Assembly (NCBI GenBank): GCA_038998585.1
Contig: JAVZGQ010000001.1
Span: 9,684 to 73,683 of the forward strand
DNA: 64,000 nt
Direction of reading: 5' to 3'
Origin: Candidatus Aenigmatarchaeota archaeon
GTDB taxonomy: Archaea > Aenigmatarchaeota > Aenigmatarchaeia > CG10238-14 > SCSR01
This document shows positions 9,684 through 20,356 of this stretch, one piece after another. Position numbers and translations under genes: made by a program. Below the pieces are notes generated by a model, which was not told the origin of the DNA, ran no database searches, and saw only the letters and a program-made list of their open reading frames with translations. Each line of letters begins with the position of its first letter. Within the stretch, counting starts at the first letter, position 1.

Positions 9684-10616
9684 ATGGAAATTCCCGATGA
9701 AATTTTTAAAAGACTTGAAAAACTTAAAACAAAGAGAGTTTTTCTTCAATTTCCTGAAGGCTTAAGACTTAGAGTACAAAATATGGTTAAAGAACTTGAG
9801 GCCAAGGGCTTTCAAGTATTTTTATGTTTGGAAAAGTGTTTTGGCGCGTGTGATGTAAGAGAAGATGAAGCTTTAAGGCTTGGTTGTAGTGTTATTCTTC
9901 ACATAGGCCATGAGAAATTTTTGCCCAGAACTAAAATTCCAGTTGTTTATTGGGAATATTTTCTTGAGGCCGATGTAATACCAATTCTAGAAAAGGAGTT
10001 TGATAAGTTGAAGGAATTCGATAGCATAGGATTAATAACGAGTATTCAGTTTGTCAAGATTTTGCCTCTGGTAAAAGAATATCTAGAGAAAAAAGGAAAG
10101 AAAGTTTTTATGCACAAGGCATTACAATACACGGGGCAAGTTCTTGGTTGTAACCTGAAAGCAGCTATGTCTATAGAAAAAGAGGTTGAGTGCTTTCTTG
10201 CTGTTTCTGCTGGCGAATTTTATGCTGCCGGCCTAGTGCTCCAAACAGAAAAGCCTGTTTTGAATTTGGATTTGGAAAAGGGCGAGATAAGGAGATTGGA
10301 AGAATTCAAGAGAAGAACTCAAAAAATTTTGGTTTGGAATAAAGCCCAATTGAAAGAAGCTAGGAGAATTGGTTTGATTGTGAGTTGGAAGAGAGGTCAA
10401 ATGTTTGGAGACCCGCTAGATATAAAAGAAAAATTGGAGAAAAAAGGAAAAGAAGTTTTTCTTCTTGTTATGGACGAAATCTCGCCTGAAAAATTGGAGG
10501 GGCTTAATCTAGACTTACTCATAAGCTTTGGATGTCCAAGAATAGCTATCGATGATCAAGCTAAATTTTCAATCCCGATTTTAAACTATAGCTGGATCAA
10601 TGAGAAAGAAATTTAA
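9684..10616 (+). CDS. dph2: Diphthamide biosynthesis enzyme Dph2
   Basis: LQFPEGL, CFGACD, HIGH, GQVLGC, GCPRIAIDD. Confidence 0.92.
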   Translation: MEIPDEIFKRLEKLKTKRVFLQFPEGLRLRVQNMVKELEAKGFQVFLCLEKCFGACDVREDEALRLGCSVILHIGHEKFLPRTKIPVVYWEYFLEADVIPILEKEFDKLKEFDSIGLITSIQFVKILPLVKEYLEKKGKKVFMHKALQYTGQVLGCNLKAAMSIEKEVECFLAVSAGEFYAAGLVLQTEKPVLNLDLEKGEIRRLEEFKRRTQKILVWNKAQLKEARRIGLIVSWKRGQMFGDPLDIKEKLEKKGKEVFLLVMDEISPEKLEGLNLDLLISFGCPRIAIDDQAKFSIPILNYSWINEKEI

Positions 10617-10641
10617 ATATCAGCGATCCAAATTAATTTAA

Positions 10642-10920
10642 ATGCAGCTTAAAGTTATAAAAGAAGATGATAAAACCCTTTTCATAGAGTGTGGTGGGGA
10701 AACACACACACTAACTAATACAATTAGAGAAGCTTTGTGGGAAGATAAAAATGTTTCTGAATCGGCCGATGTTAAAGAGCATCCATACTTAAGCCAACCA
10801 AAGATTTTTGTCAGGGTCTCTAAAGGTTCCCCGAAGGAAGCTTTAGAAAAAGCCGCTGAAAGAATAGCTGAAAAGGCAAAAGAATTTGAGGAAGAATTCA
10901 AGAAGGCCTTGAAGGGTTAA
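10642..10920 (+). CDS. rpoL: RNA polymerase subunit L (Rpo11)
   Basis: GETHTLTN..R..L, EHPY, PKEAL..A. Confidence 0.88.
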   Translation: MQLKVIKEDDKTLFIECGGETHTLTNTIREALWEDKNVSESADVKEHPYLSQPKIFVRVSKGSPKEALEKAAERIAEKAKEFEEEFKKALKG

Positions 10921-10922
10921 AT

Positions 10923-11489
10923 TTAACAGATTTTTCTTCCAACTTCTTTCAGGAGTGTAGAATTTACATAAATTGAAGAATTTGTTCTTAATGCTATTGC
11001 TATAGCATCGCTTGGTCTTGCATCTAGGCTTAAAATAGTATTGCCTTGCCTCAAAATTAGCTTGGAATAGAAAGAATTTTCTTTTAGCTCTGTTATTTTA
11101 ACCATCAGGACCTCTATTCCCAAAGAATTGAAAGCATCAGCAACTATATCGTGGGCATTTGGTCTTGCTACATATATATTTTCAATTCCTCTTTGGACAG
11201 ACTCTGCTTGGCTAGTTTCAACAGTTGCAATCAAGTCATAACAGTCTGTTTTAATGCTTATGATACCAATATTCCCAAGAATGTTTGTTTCAATATTTTT
11301 GACTTTTGAAAAGCCAGAAGTTGAAAGCTCGGGTAAAAGAATCGATTGAAAAGTTCGCTCGATTTCTTTTGGCCAGAAAGTGTAGATTGCCAAAAAAGCG
11401 ATGGCAAACAAGAGTATTATAGAAAGGATTTTATATTGCCCAGAATATTTTTTCCATCTGTATTTCATATTTATTCCTTTTTTTACCAA
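10923..11489 (-). CDS. Bifunctional nuclease (DUF151) family protein with N-terminal TM segment
   Basis: RPNAHD, FYSKLIL, LDARPSDAIAIALRT. Confidence 0.85.
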   Translation of the reverse strand: MVKKGINMKYRWKKYSGQYKILSIILLFAIAFLAIYTFWPKEIERTFQSILLPELSTSGFSKVKNIETNILGNIGIISIKTDCYDLIATVETSQAESVQRGIENIYVARPNAHDIVADAFNSLGIEVLMVKITELKENSFYSKLILRQGNTILSLDARPSDAIAIALRTNSSIYVNSTLLKEVGRKIC

Positions 11490-11530
11490 AATAAAAAGCT
11501 TTTATATTAAAAAAAAAATAATTAAATATT

Positions 11531-11941
11531 ATGAGTTCAAAAGCCGTAAGCCCTATGATAGCTACTATTCTCCTTATAGCTTTTACTGTGGCAGTAGGTG
11601 GTATAATAAGTGTTTGGCTAACAACCTACACAAGAACAACAGGGGCTTCTGTTTCAACAGCAACAGAAGATCAAATAAAGTGCTCTGGAACTTATCCATA
11701 TATATATTCTGTCACAGGCACAGCAATCTTCGTGACAAATCCTGGTAGTGAGAACATAACCAACATCACATGTTTGGCCGGTGACGGATCTAATCTTGGT
11801 AGCGTTTCAGATCTTACTCCAGGAGCTTTGGCTTCTAAACTCTGGACAAGAGGAAGCAACACTTCAGTTATTTGCACTGGTAAATGCAGATCAATAGGAG
11901 TTTCAGGAGAATGTAGAACAGGGCAAACTTGTTGGAGTTAG
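11531..11941 (+). CDS. Archaeal type IV pilin
   Basis: KAVSPMIATILLIAFTVAVGG class III signal; Cys-rich C-terminus. Confidence 0.85.
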   Translation: MSSKAVSPMIATILLIAFTVAVGGIISVWLTTYTRTTGASVSTATEDQIKCSGTYPYIYSVTGTAIFVTNPGSENITNITCLAGDGSNLGSVSDLTPGALASKLWTRGSNTSVICTGKCRSIGVSGECRTGQTCWS

Positions 11942-12006
11942 TAAAATCTTTAAAATTTGATCAAAGCCAACAAATGGTCCGATAAATTTGACTTTGATTA
12001 GTTTTT

Positions 12007-13224
12007 TTAACAAGAAAATATTTTTATTAAGGGCTTGTTGTCAAGCTCACCAATTTTTTCTATACATAGCTTATGAGTTCCTTTACCAATCCTAAGATTT
12101 CCTGTCAGGATGATTTTGCTATATTCAAGAAGAACTTGATAGTTCGAGGCTTTAGTATTAAAGTTCTCTTTGATTTCTTCTTCACTTAAAGCTCTGTTGT
12201 AAATTCTAACTTCATCAATTATCAAATCTCCATATCGATTACCCCAGGATACTGCTAAATAAATTCCAAGAAATCCCATTTCTTTACCTGTTCTTTTGTC
12301 ATCACATTGGTAAATCAACTTACCATCTTGATAAATTTTATGGGAGTTATAATCCCAAACCCAAACTATATGATACCATCTCATTAAATCTGGTGCAGAA
12401 TTTGTTGGAGGGAATGGCCATATGCCTTCACCTGTATCCGTGCTTCGCGTTCCTAATTCAAATCTCTTATAACTACCTGAATAATATATAATAATATATG
12501 CACTCAAGTTTCCTCCTGGTTTAATATTTTTATGGAAAAAGATATATGTTGCATTTTGTGGATATGTAGTTATATATTTTCTAGGAAAAGCCCAAAGCGA
12601 TATAGTGAAAGAATTAGATATATATTTTTGCCAATCAAAGGAATTTGGAACTTCAACATAATCATCCACACCATCAAAACTCAAAGCCTTTCCAAACTTT
12701 CCATCAACCCACTCAGGACATCCCACCTCAGCTAGAGGTGGGTTAGAGCAGCTCAAGCTCCCATTGTAAAGTGTACCATGATTTCCATAACCAGAGCTGT
12801 CTTCAGCTTTTGTCCCATTCCTCTCATTTAAATTCCAATATCCAACCAAGCCGGCAGAACTCATTCCTGCACTATACTTCAAATTCCCCACTCTTTTAAG
12901 CATAGGTGCATCAAAAGGACTATGTTTCAAGTCTATCTTAAATTGAAGTGCTCCAGTAAAATTTCCACTAGTGTTAACTATTCTATAATTACCATCACTG
13001 ACTTTCAACACTACGCTCCTCAAACTTCCTGTCCCTTCCGAGGCAACCTCCCTTATCAAGTTGTCCAAAAGACGCATGTTCTGCTCAGCCTCGTTTATTA
13101 CACCAAACTCATAAGCCCTTTCTACAGTAGGTTTTGCTACATTCATCACAATATAAACTGCAGATACAGTGATCAATATCAATAGAACCGTTGAAACTAT
13201 AGGTGAAATCCCCTTTCTCATCAA
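12007..13224 (-). CDS. Pilin-like protein carrying a LamG/concanavalin-like domain
   Basis: RKGISPIVSTVLLI; GLVGYW.LNE, GKALSFDGVDDYV, IDEVRIYNRALS. Confidence 0.85.
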   Translation of the reverse strand: MMRKGISPIVSTVLLILITVSAVYIVMNVAKPTVERAYEFGVINEAEQNMRLLDNLIREVASEGTGSLRSVVLKVSDGNYRIVNTSGNFTGALQFKIDLKHSPFDAPMLKRVGNLKYSAGMSSAGLVGYWNLNERNGTKAEDSSGYGNHGTLYNGSLSCSNPPLAEVGCPEWVDGKFGKALSFDGVDDYVEVPNSFDWQKYISNSFTISLWAFPRKYITTYPQNATYIFFHKNIKPGGNLSAYIIIYYSGSYKRFELGTRSTDTGEGIWPFPPTNSAPDLMRWYHIVWVWDYNSHKIYQDGKLIYQCDDKRTGKEMGFLGIYLAVSWGNRYGDLIIDEVRIYNRALSEEEIKENFNTKASNYQVLLEYSKIILTGNLRIGKGTHKLCIEKIGELDNKPLIKIFSC

Positions 13225-13301
13225 ATAGAAATTGTTTTTCTTTGGTTTATTTTTATTCTATGGTCCAGACACAATTATGAGTTAGAGCTTGATATGTAAA
13301 A

Positions 13302-13931
13302 TCAAACGATTTCAACAATTTTTGAAAATTCGTCTCTATTTTCGGCTGTAAAACTTTTCATTCTCAAATCAAAGAATCCGACAAATTTACTTTTTCCAAG
13401 TTCAACATGAATTACAATCCTATACTGCTTAATTTCTTTAGATGTGGTATAATTCACGCTTAAAATGTAGTTTGCATTTGAAGCAGTATTGAATAGAAAG
13501 CTACTACTCACACTCTTCCCGTCTTCAACATTATAATGTTGCTCTACACTACCATTGAAATCCAGTGTTAAATTTTTTATAGTTTCTCCAAGAAAATTGT
13601 AGACAGTAACATTCAAGTTAGAATCAGCAGAAGCTGTAACATTTTTATAGATAGATTCAACAGCTATTCCATTTAGTTCTATTGTTCTACTTTTAAGCCT
13701 TTCCCTAACATATTTCAAATAATTCTCAATTTTTTCACTCTCATTTTTATTGTAAGAATATTCTACTGTTTTGATGAGGGCATTCTTCACATTCAAGAAT
13801 TCTTCCCTTTCTACACTTGTCTCAAGATTGCGCTTGTCTTCAATTATCCTAGAAAGGCTTAAGCTACTTTTAATCAGGAAAAGAACAATCACGATTACGA
13901 TCCCTGAAATCAAGAAAAATTGTCCTTTCAT
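13302..13931 (-). CDS. Minor pilin-like protein
   Basis: MKGQFFLISGIVIV class III signal. Confidence 0.7.
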   Translation of the reverse strand: MKGQFFLISGIVIVIVLFLIKSSLSLSRIIEDKRNLETSVEREEFLNVKNALIKTVEYSYNKNESEKIENYLKYVRERLKSRTIELNGIAVESIYKNVTASADSNLNVTVYNFLGETIKNLTLDFNGSVEQHYNVEDGKSVSSSFLFNTASNANYILSVNYTTSKEIKQYRIVIHVELGKSKFVGFFDLRMKSFTAENRDEFSKIVEIV

Positions 13932-14311
13932 ACCCCTCTCCACAAATAGAGCCAAACTTCTCTGGGTTCAACATGCGTAACATTACCGCTAACAAAATAT
14001 CCCACAGAGACGACTTTTTCTGATTCTATATTTGGCCTAGGACAAGTCTGATTACATATCACAATTTTGTAATCAAGACCAATTGGTAAATTCTTGATTA
14101 AACAGCTTTCGATTTTTTCACTCTGATTTGCTAAAACATAGTTTGCAAGCTGGTTTGAGTCGTCTAAAGCTTTTAAGGCCTCAATTCCCCTAAGCTTCCA
14201 TATCACAGTTTCCATCTCCGGAACTTTTTCTCCGACAAAGAGTGCAAAATAAGCAGCTAGAACAAAAAGTATTGCAACTAATGCTTCAAAACTTTTAAGT
14301 ATACCCTTCAT
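13928..14311 (-). CDS. Minor pilin-like protein
   Basis: MKG...FEALVAILFV N-terminus; overlapping genes in operon. Confidence 0.65.
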   Translation of the reverse strand: MKGILKSFEALVAILFVLAAYFALFVGEKVPEMETVIWKLRGIEALKALDDSNQLANYVLANQSEKIESCLIKNLPIGLDYKIVICNQTCPRPNIESEKVVSVGYFVSGNVTHVEPREVWLYLWRGV

Positions 14312-15006
14312 GATATCTCCACTTTAAATTCATATCCTTTAGGTATAGTTTGTATAGCTCCAATATAACTCAAATTCCTTAATGCAAGAAGTTTGTCTAC
14401 TGATATAATCTGAAACTCTTGAATAGGGTAGGTTTGAAATGTGTAATTGCTCGCATTTACAGGGAATTCTACTGAATAATTTGGTGGTAAGATATTTTTT
14501 TCAGAAGAAAAATACAAGAAGAAGAATTCGGATTGGTATGGTTCAAGGCTGAGATTGAAAGCAATCTCACCTTTTTTAAGAAAGCCCTCACAAAAGCTTT
14601 GGTTGTAAAGCTGGAAAGGAATTTGGGAGTTGTTTGAATTATATAGCCTTACACTACTGTTTGTAATTCCTCTTACACAACTTGAGTCAAATTCAACACT
14701 TCCATTTATAGTTATATTATTTCTGTAGCTACCATTTGTTTCCGTAACATTTATTACCATCATGTAAAGCTTGCCCATCAAACCAATTTTAACAGGCGCC
14801 AAGTTACTTTCTTCCCAGTTGCTAGGCACACCCTCATCCGTGAAAAAAATGTTAAAAAGGTCTGATGCTATGCTTCTTACTTCAGAATTCTCTGCTATGC
14901 CCCTATAATTAATAAGATAACTGATAACATAACCAAAAAGTATGCCAATAAAAACAAAAAAAATGCCGGCAGCTATTGCAAAATCAACATGTGAAATGGC
15001 CATCAA
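14308..15006 (-). CDS. Minor pilin-like protein
   Basis: DFAIAAGIF hydrophobic N-terminus, G.PSNW..GL motif. Confidence 0.65.
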   Translation of the reverse strand: MMAISHVDFAIAAGIFFVFIGILFGYVISYLINYRGIAENSEVRSIASDLFNIFFTDEGVPSNWEESNLAPVKIGLMGKLYMMVINVTETNGSYRNNITINGSVEFDSSCVRGITNSSVRLYNSNNSQIPFQLYNQSFCEGFLKKGEIAFNLSLEPYQSEFFFLYFSSEKNILPPNYSVEFPVNASNYTFQTYPIQEFQIISVDKLLALRNLSYIGAIQTIPKGYEFKVEIS

Positions 15007-15593
15007 CTCACCTTCAATATATTTATAATTATTTCCTGTTTACCAAGTGTTATGAAATCTTTTATTGTGTTATTAATGTTCGCTCTATAATAGCTGAGAG
15101 TGCTATTTAAACCGTTCTCAATTCTTCCTTGAAATAGAACATCTACATTTGGAACTTCCTGCTCAACCATAACTTCAGGAGACTGCGTTGTCTTTAAGAT
15201 GATTTTTGCACCAGGAGAAGTAATTATAGGTGCTGCTGGTGATCTCCCCCCAACGGTTAGATTTGAGATTTGGATCCAGATTGGACTAGAGGAAATCAAA
15301 AAAATCTCATAATTTCTGCCCGAAATTCTAGGCGGCAAATTCAAATTAACTTCAGCGAGTTTAGCACTCTCGCCCAACATCGGATAATATTTAGAATTTT
15401 TTCCAGTCTCGTAAATTTTTAGAATATTGTTTGAGACTTCAAGAGCTAATTGCCTGAGATTGTTTTCAATTTCAGCTTTAAGTTGATTTGTGTAGAGATT
15501 GTAAACCATAACAGAAATTGCAGACAAAATTACAATACCAAAGAGAATTGTAAACACATTTTCAACAACTTCAGCTTGACCCTTCCCCATCAA
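15003..15593 (-). CDS. Minor pilin-like protein
   Basis: KGQAEVVE...ILFGIVIL class III signal. Confidence 0.7.
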   Translation of the reverse strand: MMGKGQAEVVENVFTILFGIVILSAISVMVYNLYTNQLKAEIENNLRQLALEVSNNILKIYETGKNSKYYPMLGESAKLAEVNLNLPPRISGRNYEIFLISSSPIWIQISNLTVGGRSPAAPIITSPGAKIILKTTQSPEVMVEQEVPNVDVLFQGRIENGLNSTLSYYRANINNTIKDFITLGKQEIIINILKVS

Positions 15594-15646
15594 TTAAATT
15601 TTCTCATCTACAATATATTTATTAGTCTAAATACAAATTTAGATTA

Positions 15647-16090
15647 ATGAAAGGAATTTCCCCTCTTGTAGCAACCGTTCTTTTGATAGCGATAACAATG
15701 TCCGTGGCAGGTATATTGGCCTTCTGGGTCTCGAGTTTTACTAGCCAAACTTTGCCAAAATACAACAGGACAGAAGAATGTAGGTTCTCAAATTTTGAAA
15801 TATATAGTTGTACTCTAGATAGGGCTACAGGAACACTAACCTTTATACTCAGAAACACAGGTCAGTATGATATTCAAGGTCTTACAGCTTTTATTATATT
15901 AAAAAATAACATAGTAACACCAACCATAAATTTGAATCCTAGCTCTCTTATGGTCGGTGAGTATAAAAGTTTCATTCTTCCAAACTCCACAACCAATGTT
16001 CCAGCCGAACAATTCTCAAAGCTTATAGTCGGAACTTCGGTATGCCCTGATTTGAGCAAAGAATCTACTTGTGGTGTATATGGTGTATAA
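15647..16090 (+). CDS. Archaeal type IV pilin
   Basis: MKGISPLVATVLLIAIT. Confidence 0.85.
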   Translation: MKGISPLVATVLLIAITMSVAGILAFWVSSFTSQTLPKYNRTEECRFSNFEIYSCTLDRATGTLTFILRNTGQYDIQGLTAFIILKNNIVTPTINLNPSSLMVGEYKSFILPNSTTNVPAEQFSKLIVGTSVCPDLSKESTCGVYGV

Positions 16091-16091
16091 A

Positions 16092-16565
16092 ATGAAAGGA
16101 ATCTCCCCCCTCATCGCAACTATTCTCTTAATTGCAATAACTGTTGCGGTTGGTGGTTTGGTCGGAAGTTGGGTTTTTAGTTTCACAAGAAGCTCTACGC
16201 AAACTGTAAGGCAACAAGCGGATATAGAAATAATTTGTAATCAAGGCAGAATTTCTCTTTCAGATGTCTGTTATTCAAACAACTACATTTTAGGCTACAT
16301 TACCAACACAGGCAACATACCACTAGGGGATATAACCCTTACGATATTTTACTCAAATGCATCAACACAGAGATATTACCTTTCTTTTGCTAATGGGGCT
16401 GTCGTGCCTGAGACATCTTGTTGCGGCAACTTAACTATACTTGTAAATGAAAAATATATGTTTAATATTTCTGCAAATCAAAATTACAATAAAGTTTACG
16501 TTTCTACTAACTGTACATCAATAGTAACAGATGAGGTGGAGGCTTCAGATATTTCGAGTTGTTAG
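16092..16565 (+). CDS. Archaeal type IV pilin
   Basis: MKGISPLIATILLIAITVAVGG. Confidence 0.85.
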   Translation: MKGISPLIATILLIAITVAVGGLVGSWVFSFTRSSTQTVRQQADIEIICNQGRISLSDVCYSNNYILGYITNTGNIPLGDITLTIFYSNASTQRYYLSFANGAVVPETSCCGNLTILVNEKYMFNISANQNYNKVYVSTNCTSIVTDEVEASDISSC

Positions 16566-17383
16566 CCTAAAATTGTGAACACGACTAGACCGACGACAAT
16601 CATTACCAAACTATGTTTTATGCCGCTTACGATTCTACCTTCAGCCATTTTTCCAACACTTAGGCCAGCGAAACCACCTTGAAGCAGGATTAGATTCCTG
16701 AAGAGATTTTTATATTCGCTGCTAAAATTTTGTTGTGGAGAAGTCACACCCTCAACATTAATATTCATCAAACTTGGAATCAAAAATCTACCCATCGCAA
16801 TTATTACACCCAGAAAAACAAAGAAAATTATATAGCCTGTGGTTACTTGAGAATACAAGTACATCATTCTTTCAGCTTTAATTCTTTCTACTTCTATGCT
16901 AGCATTGCCAAGTGCTTCCAGGGTATCTGTGAGATTACCACCAAATCTATGACTTTCAATCACAGAAGATATAGTTCTATTTATCATCCTGGATTTTGTT
17001 GATTTGGCAAAGTTGAGTAAAACTTTTTCTACAGGTATACCCCAATCAAGCTGTGCTGCCATCTTTTTCACATACTGGTTAAGCTCTTTGTAGTCATTCT
17101 TTTTCAAATTTTCCATAGCCTGTTCTACAGTCATTCCACCTCTCGTTAATTCTATGAAATCTCTGAGAAATGCCGGAAACATATTTTCAATAATTTTAAG
17201 CTTCCTGTATTTTAGATATTCAAGCAGTACTATTGGCATAACAAACATTATGCAGGCAAGGATGTTTATGGTGGAAAAAATGTTTGGTATTTCCCTCAAG
17301 AATAGAAAGTTAATAGCTATTATTCCCAGTACTATAAAACCATTCAAAATTACCAGTATCAAATACTTCTTTTCTATCTTCAT
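16562..17383 (-). CDS. Type II secretion F / TadC-like pilus membrane protein
   Basis: FPAFLRD...GMT..A, WG, GGNL.D.L; multiple TM segments. Confidence 0.88.
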   Translation of the reverse strand: MKIEKKYLILVILNGFIVLGIIAINFLFLREIPNIFSTINILACIMFVMPIVLLEYLKYRKLKIIENMFPAFLRDFIELTRGGMTVEQAMENLKKNDYKELNQYVKKMAAQLDWGIPVEKVLLNFAKSTKSRMINRTISSVIESHRFGGNLTDTLEALGNASIEVERIKAERMMYLYSQVTTGYIIFFVFLGVIIAMGRFLIPSLMNINVEGVTSPQQNFSSEYKNLFRNLILLQGGFAGLSVGKMAEGRIVSGIKHSLVMIVVGLVVFTILG

Positions 17384-18255
17384 ATTTGAACCTCAATTCC
17401 TCCCAAGAACAGTAAGAAACCTATGTTGATTGTGGGTATGAGGAGATATACGCTAAGCTTCATCAAATCGAAGATTCCGAAGCCACCTAAGGTGGGTTGG
17501 ATCATATTCATCACAGCGAACAAAGAAATAATGAAAAGGGGTGCGGCTATCAATATACCTGTGTAAAATTCTGCAATTGTGCTTAGTTGTTGAATAAATT
17601 TTTCTCTTTTAATTCTCCACTCAAAAAGTGCTTGCTCTCCCATGGTCTTCAAGAAGGTCTTTATATTACCACCTGCTTCTATTGTTGTAGCAAACCCTAA
17701 AAGGACTTGTTTGAATTGATCGCTTGGAGATCTGTTCGCGCACTCTTTAACGGCAGTTAACGGATCTACACCAAACTCATCGATATTTTTAACTATTTTA
17801 TCCATTTCTTTTGAAATTTCCCCATATTCACCAAACTGGCTAAGGAGCCTAAAAACCACATACGGAGGGATTCCAGATTCTGCTATTGCTCCCATATGTG
17901 TTAGAGCAAAAGGTAAGTTAGCTTCTATATCTTTTTTTCTTCTTTCAGCTTTTTGAGATGGGTAAAAAGTGAAAACAATTAAATTAACCGCAGCTATCAA
18001 GAAAGAAGCAAAAAAAGAATAGAAAATTCTTAAAATAAATTGAAGTTGGATTGCTGTTAAAGCTGTGAAAGAAACTATGAAGCTTAAGATGAAAATTATT
18101 AAGGAAAAGAGGATCACCAGACTGGCATAAGTCCTATAACCAATTCTTATATCTGCTTTTGGTAGATTGTCCTTTATGATAGAAAAAAATTCTGGGTATT
18201 TGTCTACAATCCAACCAAAATTTGAATTTGCCAAACCTTTAACAAATTCCAACAT
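17380..18255 (-). CDS. Type II secretion F / TadC-like pilus membrane protein
   Basis: LPFAL.HM..IA.SG.PP, YGEISKE, G.D.LTA, SPS. Confidence 0.88.
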   Translation of the reverse strand: MLEFVKGLANSNFGWIVDKYPEFFSIIKDNLPKADIRIGYRTYASLVILFSLIIFILSFIVSFTALTAIQLQFILRIFYSFFASFLIAAVNLIVFTFYPSQKAERRKKDIEANLPFALTHMGAIAESGIPPYVVFRLLSQFGEYGEISKEMDKIVKNIDEFGVDPLTAVKECANRSPSDQFKQVLLGFATTIEAGGNIKTFLKTMGEQALFEWRIKREKFIQQLSTIAEFYTGILIAAPLFIISLFAVMNMIQPTLGGFGIFDLMKLSVYLLIPTINIGFLLFLGGIEVQI

Positions 18256-20030
18256 TACCTTTCCCTTAAGATTTTAAATCCTAGGATTTCTAATATAGGT
18301 ACTCTTTTCTTTTCCTTCTCACGCTTTTCGGTTTTGATTAAAGGAGTTTCAATTTCTGGTTTTTGTGACACCTTTTCTTCGTATACAATATCTTCCAATT
18401 CTTTCCCAGCAATCTCGAAAAATTTTTTCTTATCTTTATGATAAAGATTTATGATCTTGACAACTTCTGTGTAATCTTTTATACCTTTTTTTCTCATCCA
18501 TTCTAAGATTTTCTCCCTTCTTTTAATTTCTTCCCATGCATCCTCTATTTTTCCACCTTTTGCCAGTGTAATATTTTTAACTTTTATACTATCTTCGACT
18601 TTTTTATACTCATCTCTTTCAGGATCCCATTTGAAGATAGTTCTGTATTTCACCTCTCCAGTCTTAGGGTCAACAGATTCTATTTCTACCACTTCTCTTA
18701 TCCTTCTTGCAGACTTCCCCCTTTCCCTTGCATGAATCATCACCACTATAACATCAAGTCCCTCAATTAGAGTTGGCGAAAGTTCAATAGGCGGGCTTGT
18801 CAACCTCTTTATCAAAGTTTCTACAGATCCTGCGTGTATTGTGCTAAGGCTTGGATGACCTGAGCTTATTCCCTGGAACATAACATAAGCTTCTTCACCT
18901 CTTGTCTCCCCGACAATCACATAATCAGGGTTTTGTCTGAAACTCTCTTTCAACAAATCAAAAAGGCTCACACCACCATATTTTTCTCCAGATGGCATTG
19001 GTATTCCAAACCCAGGTCTTGCTAAAGTCGGGACCCAATGTTCGTTAGGAATCCTAAGCTCCCTAGTGTCTTCTATACTTACTATCTTTGCTTCTGGTGG
19101 GATGAACATACATAATGTGTTCAGAAAGCTTGTTTTACCTGTAGCAACCCCACCAATTATAAGTGCTGAAATACCATGCTCCATAAGATACCAAAAGTAT
19201 GCTAAGATTTGGGGGGAGGCTGTTTTAACTTCAATCTGCTCAATGGGAGAGAGAGGTCTTTCACCGAATTTTCTTATTGTTATCACTGGCCCACGAGTTG
19301 CTACGTCAGGTGCTAGAGTTGCCGCGACTCTTGAACCATCTGGCAGAGTCCCATCAAGAATAGGTTCAGCGTAACTAACATATCTACCACATCTTTCCGA
19401 AAGCTTAACAACAAGTTCTCTTAATTTCCCTAAATCCTTAAAGATAACATTGGTCTTAAGAGTACCATATTTTCTATGAACGACATAAAAAGGAATGTTT
19501 ACTCCATCACAGCTTATGTCCTCTATATTTGGGTCCTGCATGAAAGGTTCAATTTCATTCAAACCTACAAAATTCCTATAAATGTAATACATTATTTTGA
19601 TGTATTGTTCTTGAGTGAGCTTAATTCCCAACTCTTTTATCACTTTTACTACATTTTTTTCTAGATATTCTATGATTTTTGAAGGTTGCTTTATGCTTGA
19701 AAGCTCGACATCAACAAGCTCAATCAAACTTTCTGAAACTTTTTTAAGAATTTCCTCATCTTTTTCACTTAGCTTTGGCTCTAGTACATTATAAACCAAT
19801 TCTTTGTTTTCTGGGTTCCATTTAATTTGTGCATACGCAAAGGGTTCAAGTAGAGGGTAGATAACATTAACTTTTGTTGTTTCTACATCGGGAAATTCAA
19901 CTATTCTCTTGGGTTTTCTCACACCAAATCCAGGCAAGATTTCATCAAGAATCGTACCTTCCTTTTTTTTCTCAGATTCCTTGATTTTCCTGTACAAGAT
20001 TCCTCTTATACCCCATATTTTTTTAAGCAT
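18255..20030 (-). CDS. Type II/IV secretion (pilus assembly) ATPase
   Basis: DPNIEDISCDG, GGVATGKT, IEDTREL, RQNPDYVIVGETRG. Confidence 0.93.
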   Translation of the reverse strand: MLKKIWGIRGILYRKIKESEKKKEGTILDEILPGFGVRKPKRIVEFPDVETTKVNVIYPLLEPFAYAQIKWNPENKELVYNVLEPKLSEKDEEILKKVSESLIELVDVELSSIKQPSKIIEYLEKNVVKVIKELGIKLTQEQYIKIMYYIYRNFVGLNEIEPFMQDPNIEDISCDGVNIPFYVVHRKYGTLKTNVIFKDLGKLRELVVKLSERCGRYVSYAEPILDGTLPDGSRVAATLAPDVATRGPVITIRKFGERPLSPIEQIEVKTASPQILAYFWYLMEHGISALIIGGVATGKTSFLNTLCMFIPPEAKIVSIEDTRELRIPNEHWVPTLARPGFGIPMPSGEKYGGVSLFDLLKESFRQNPDYVIVGETRGEEAYVMFQGISSGHPSLSTIHAGSVETLIKRLTSPPIELSPTLIEGLDVIVVMIHARERGKSARRIREVVEIESVDPKTGEVKYRTIFKWDPERDEYKKVEDSIKVKNITLAKGGKIEDAWEEIKRREKILEWMRKKGIKDYTEVVKIINLYHKDKKKFFEIAGKELEDIVYEEKVSQKPEIETPLIKTEKREKEKKRVPILEILGFKILRER

Positions 20031-20032
20031 AT

Positions 20033-20317
20033 TTATCTTGCCATATGTTTTTTTCTAACACTCTTCCCAGGTTTAACCACTCCATGGAATCTTGCACAAG
20101 CAGGACATATTCTTATCATCCTTGTCATTGTATGGATGAATCTCCTATCAACTTGCTGAAGGATCGTTGGATCCGTGATTCTGAAACTCTTTCTCACTAC
20201 AAAGGTCTTGTATCTTGGCACCTGTCTACCACACACACCACATATAACTGTTGTCTCCCTTCCTCTAGATTTGGTGTGGGCATACTTTCTCCTGTAAGGT
20301 ACAGTGCTGATCGGCAT
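20033..20317 (-). CDS. rps26e: Ribosomal protein S26e
   Basis: RGR...V.C..CGR.VPR.K...C.ACA...GVV. Confidence 0.8.
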   Translation of the reverse strand: MPISTVPYRRKYAHTKSRGRETTVICGVCGRQVPRYKTFVVRKSFRITDPTILQQVDRRFIHTMTRMIRICPACARFHGVVKPGKSVRKKHMAR

Positions 20318-20356
20318 ATTCTCTAATAAATAGTTAGAATTTAGGAAATATTAAGG

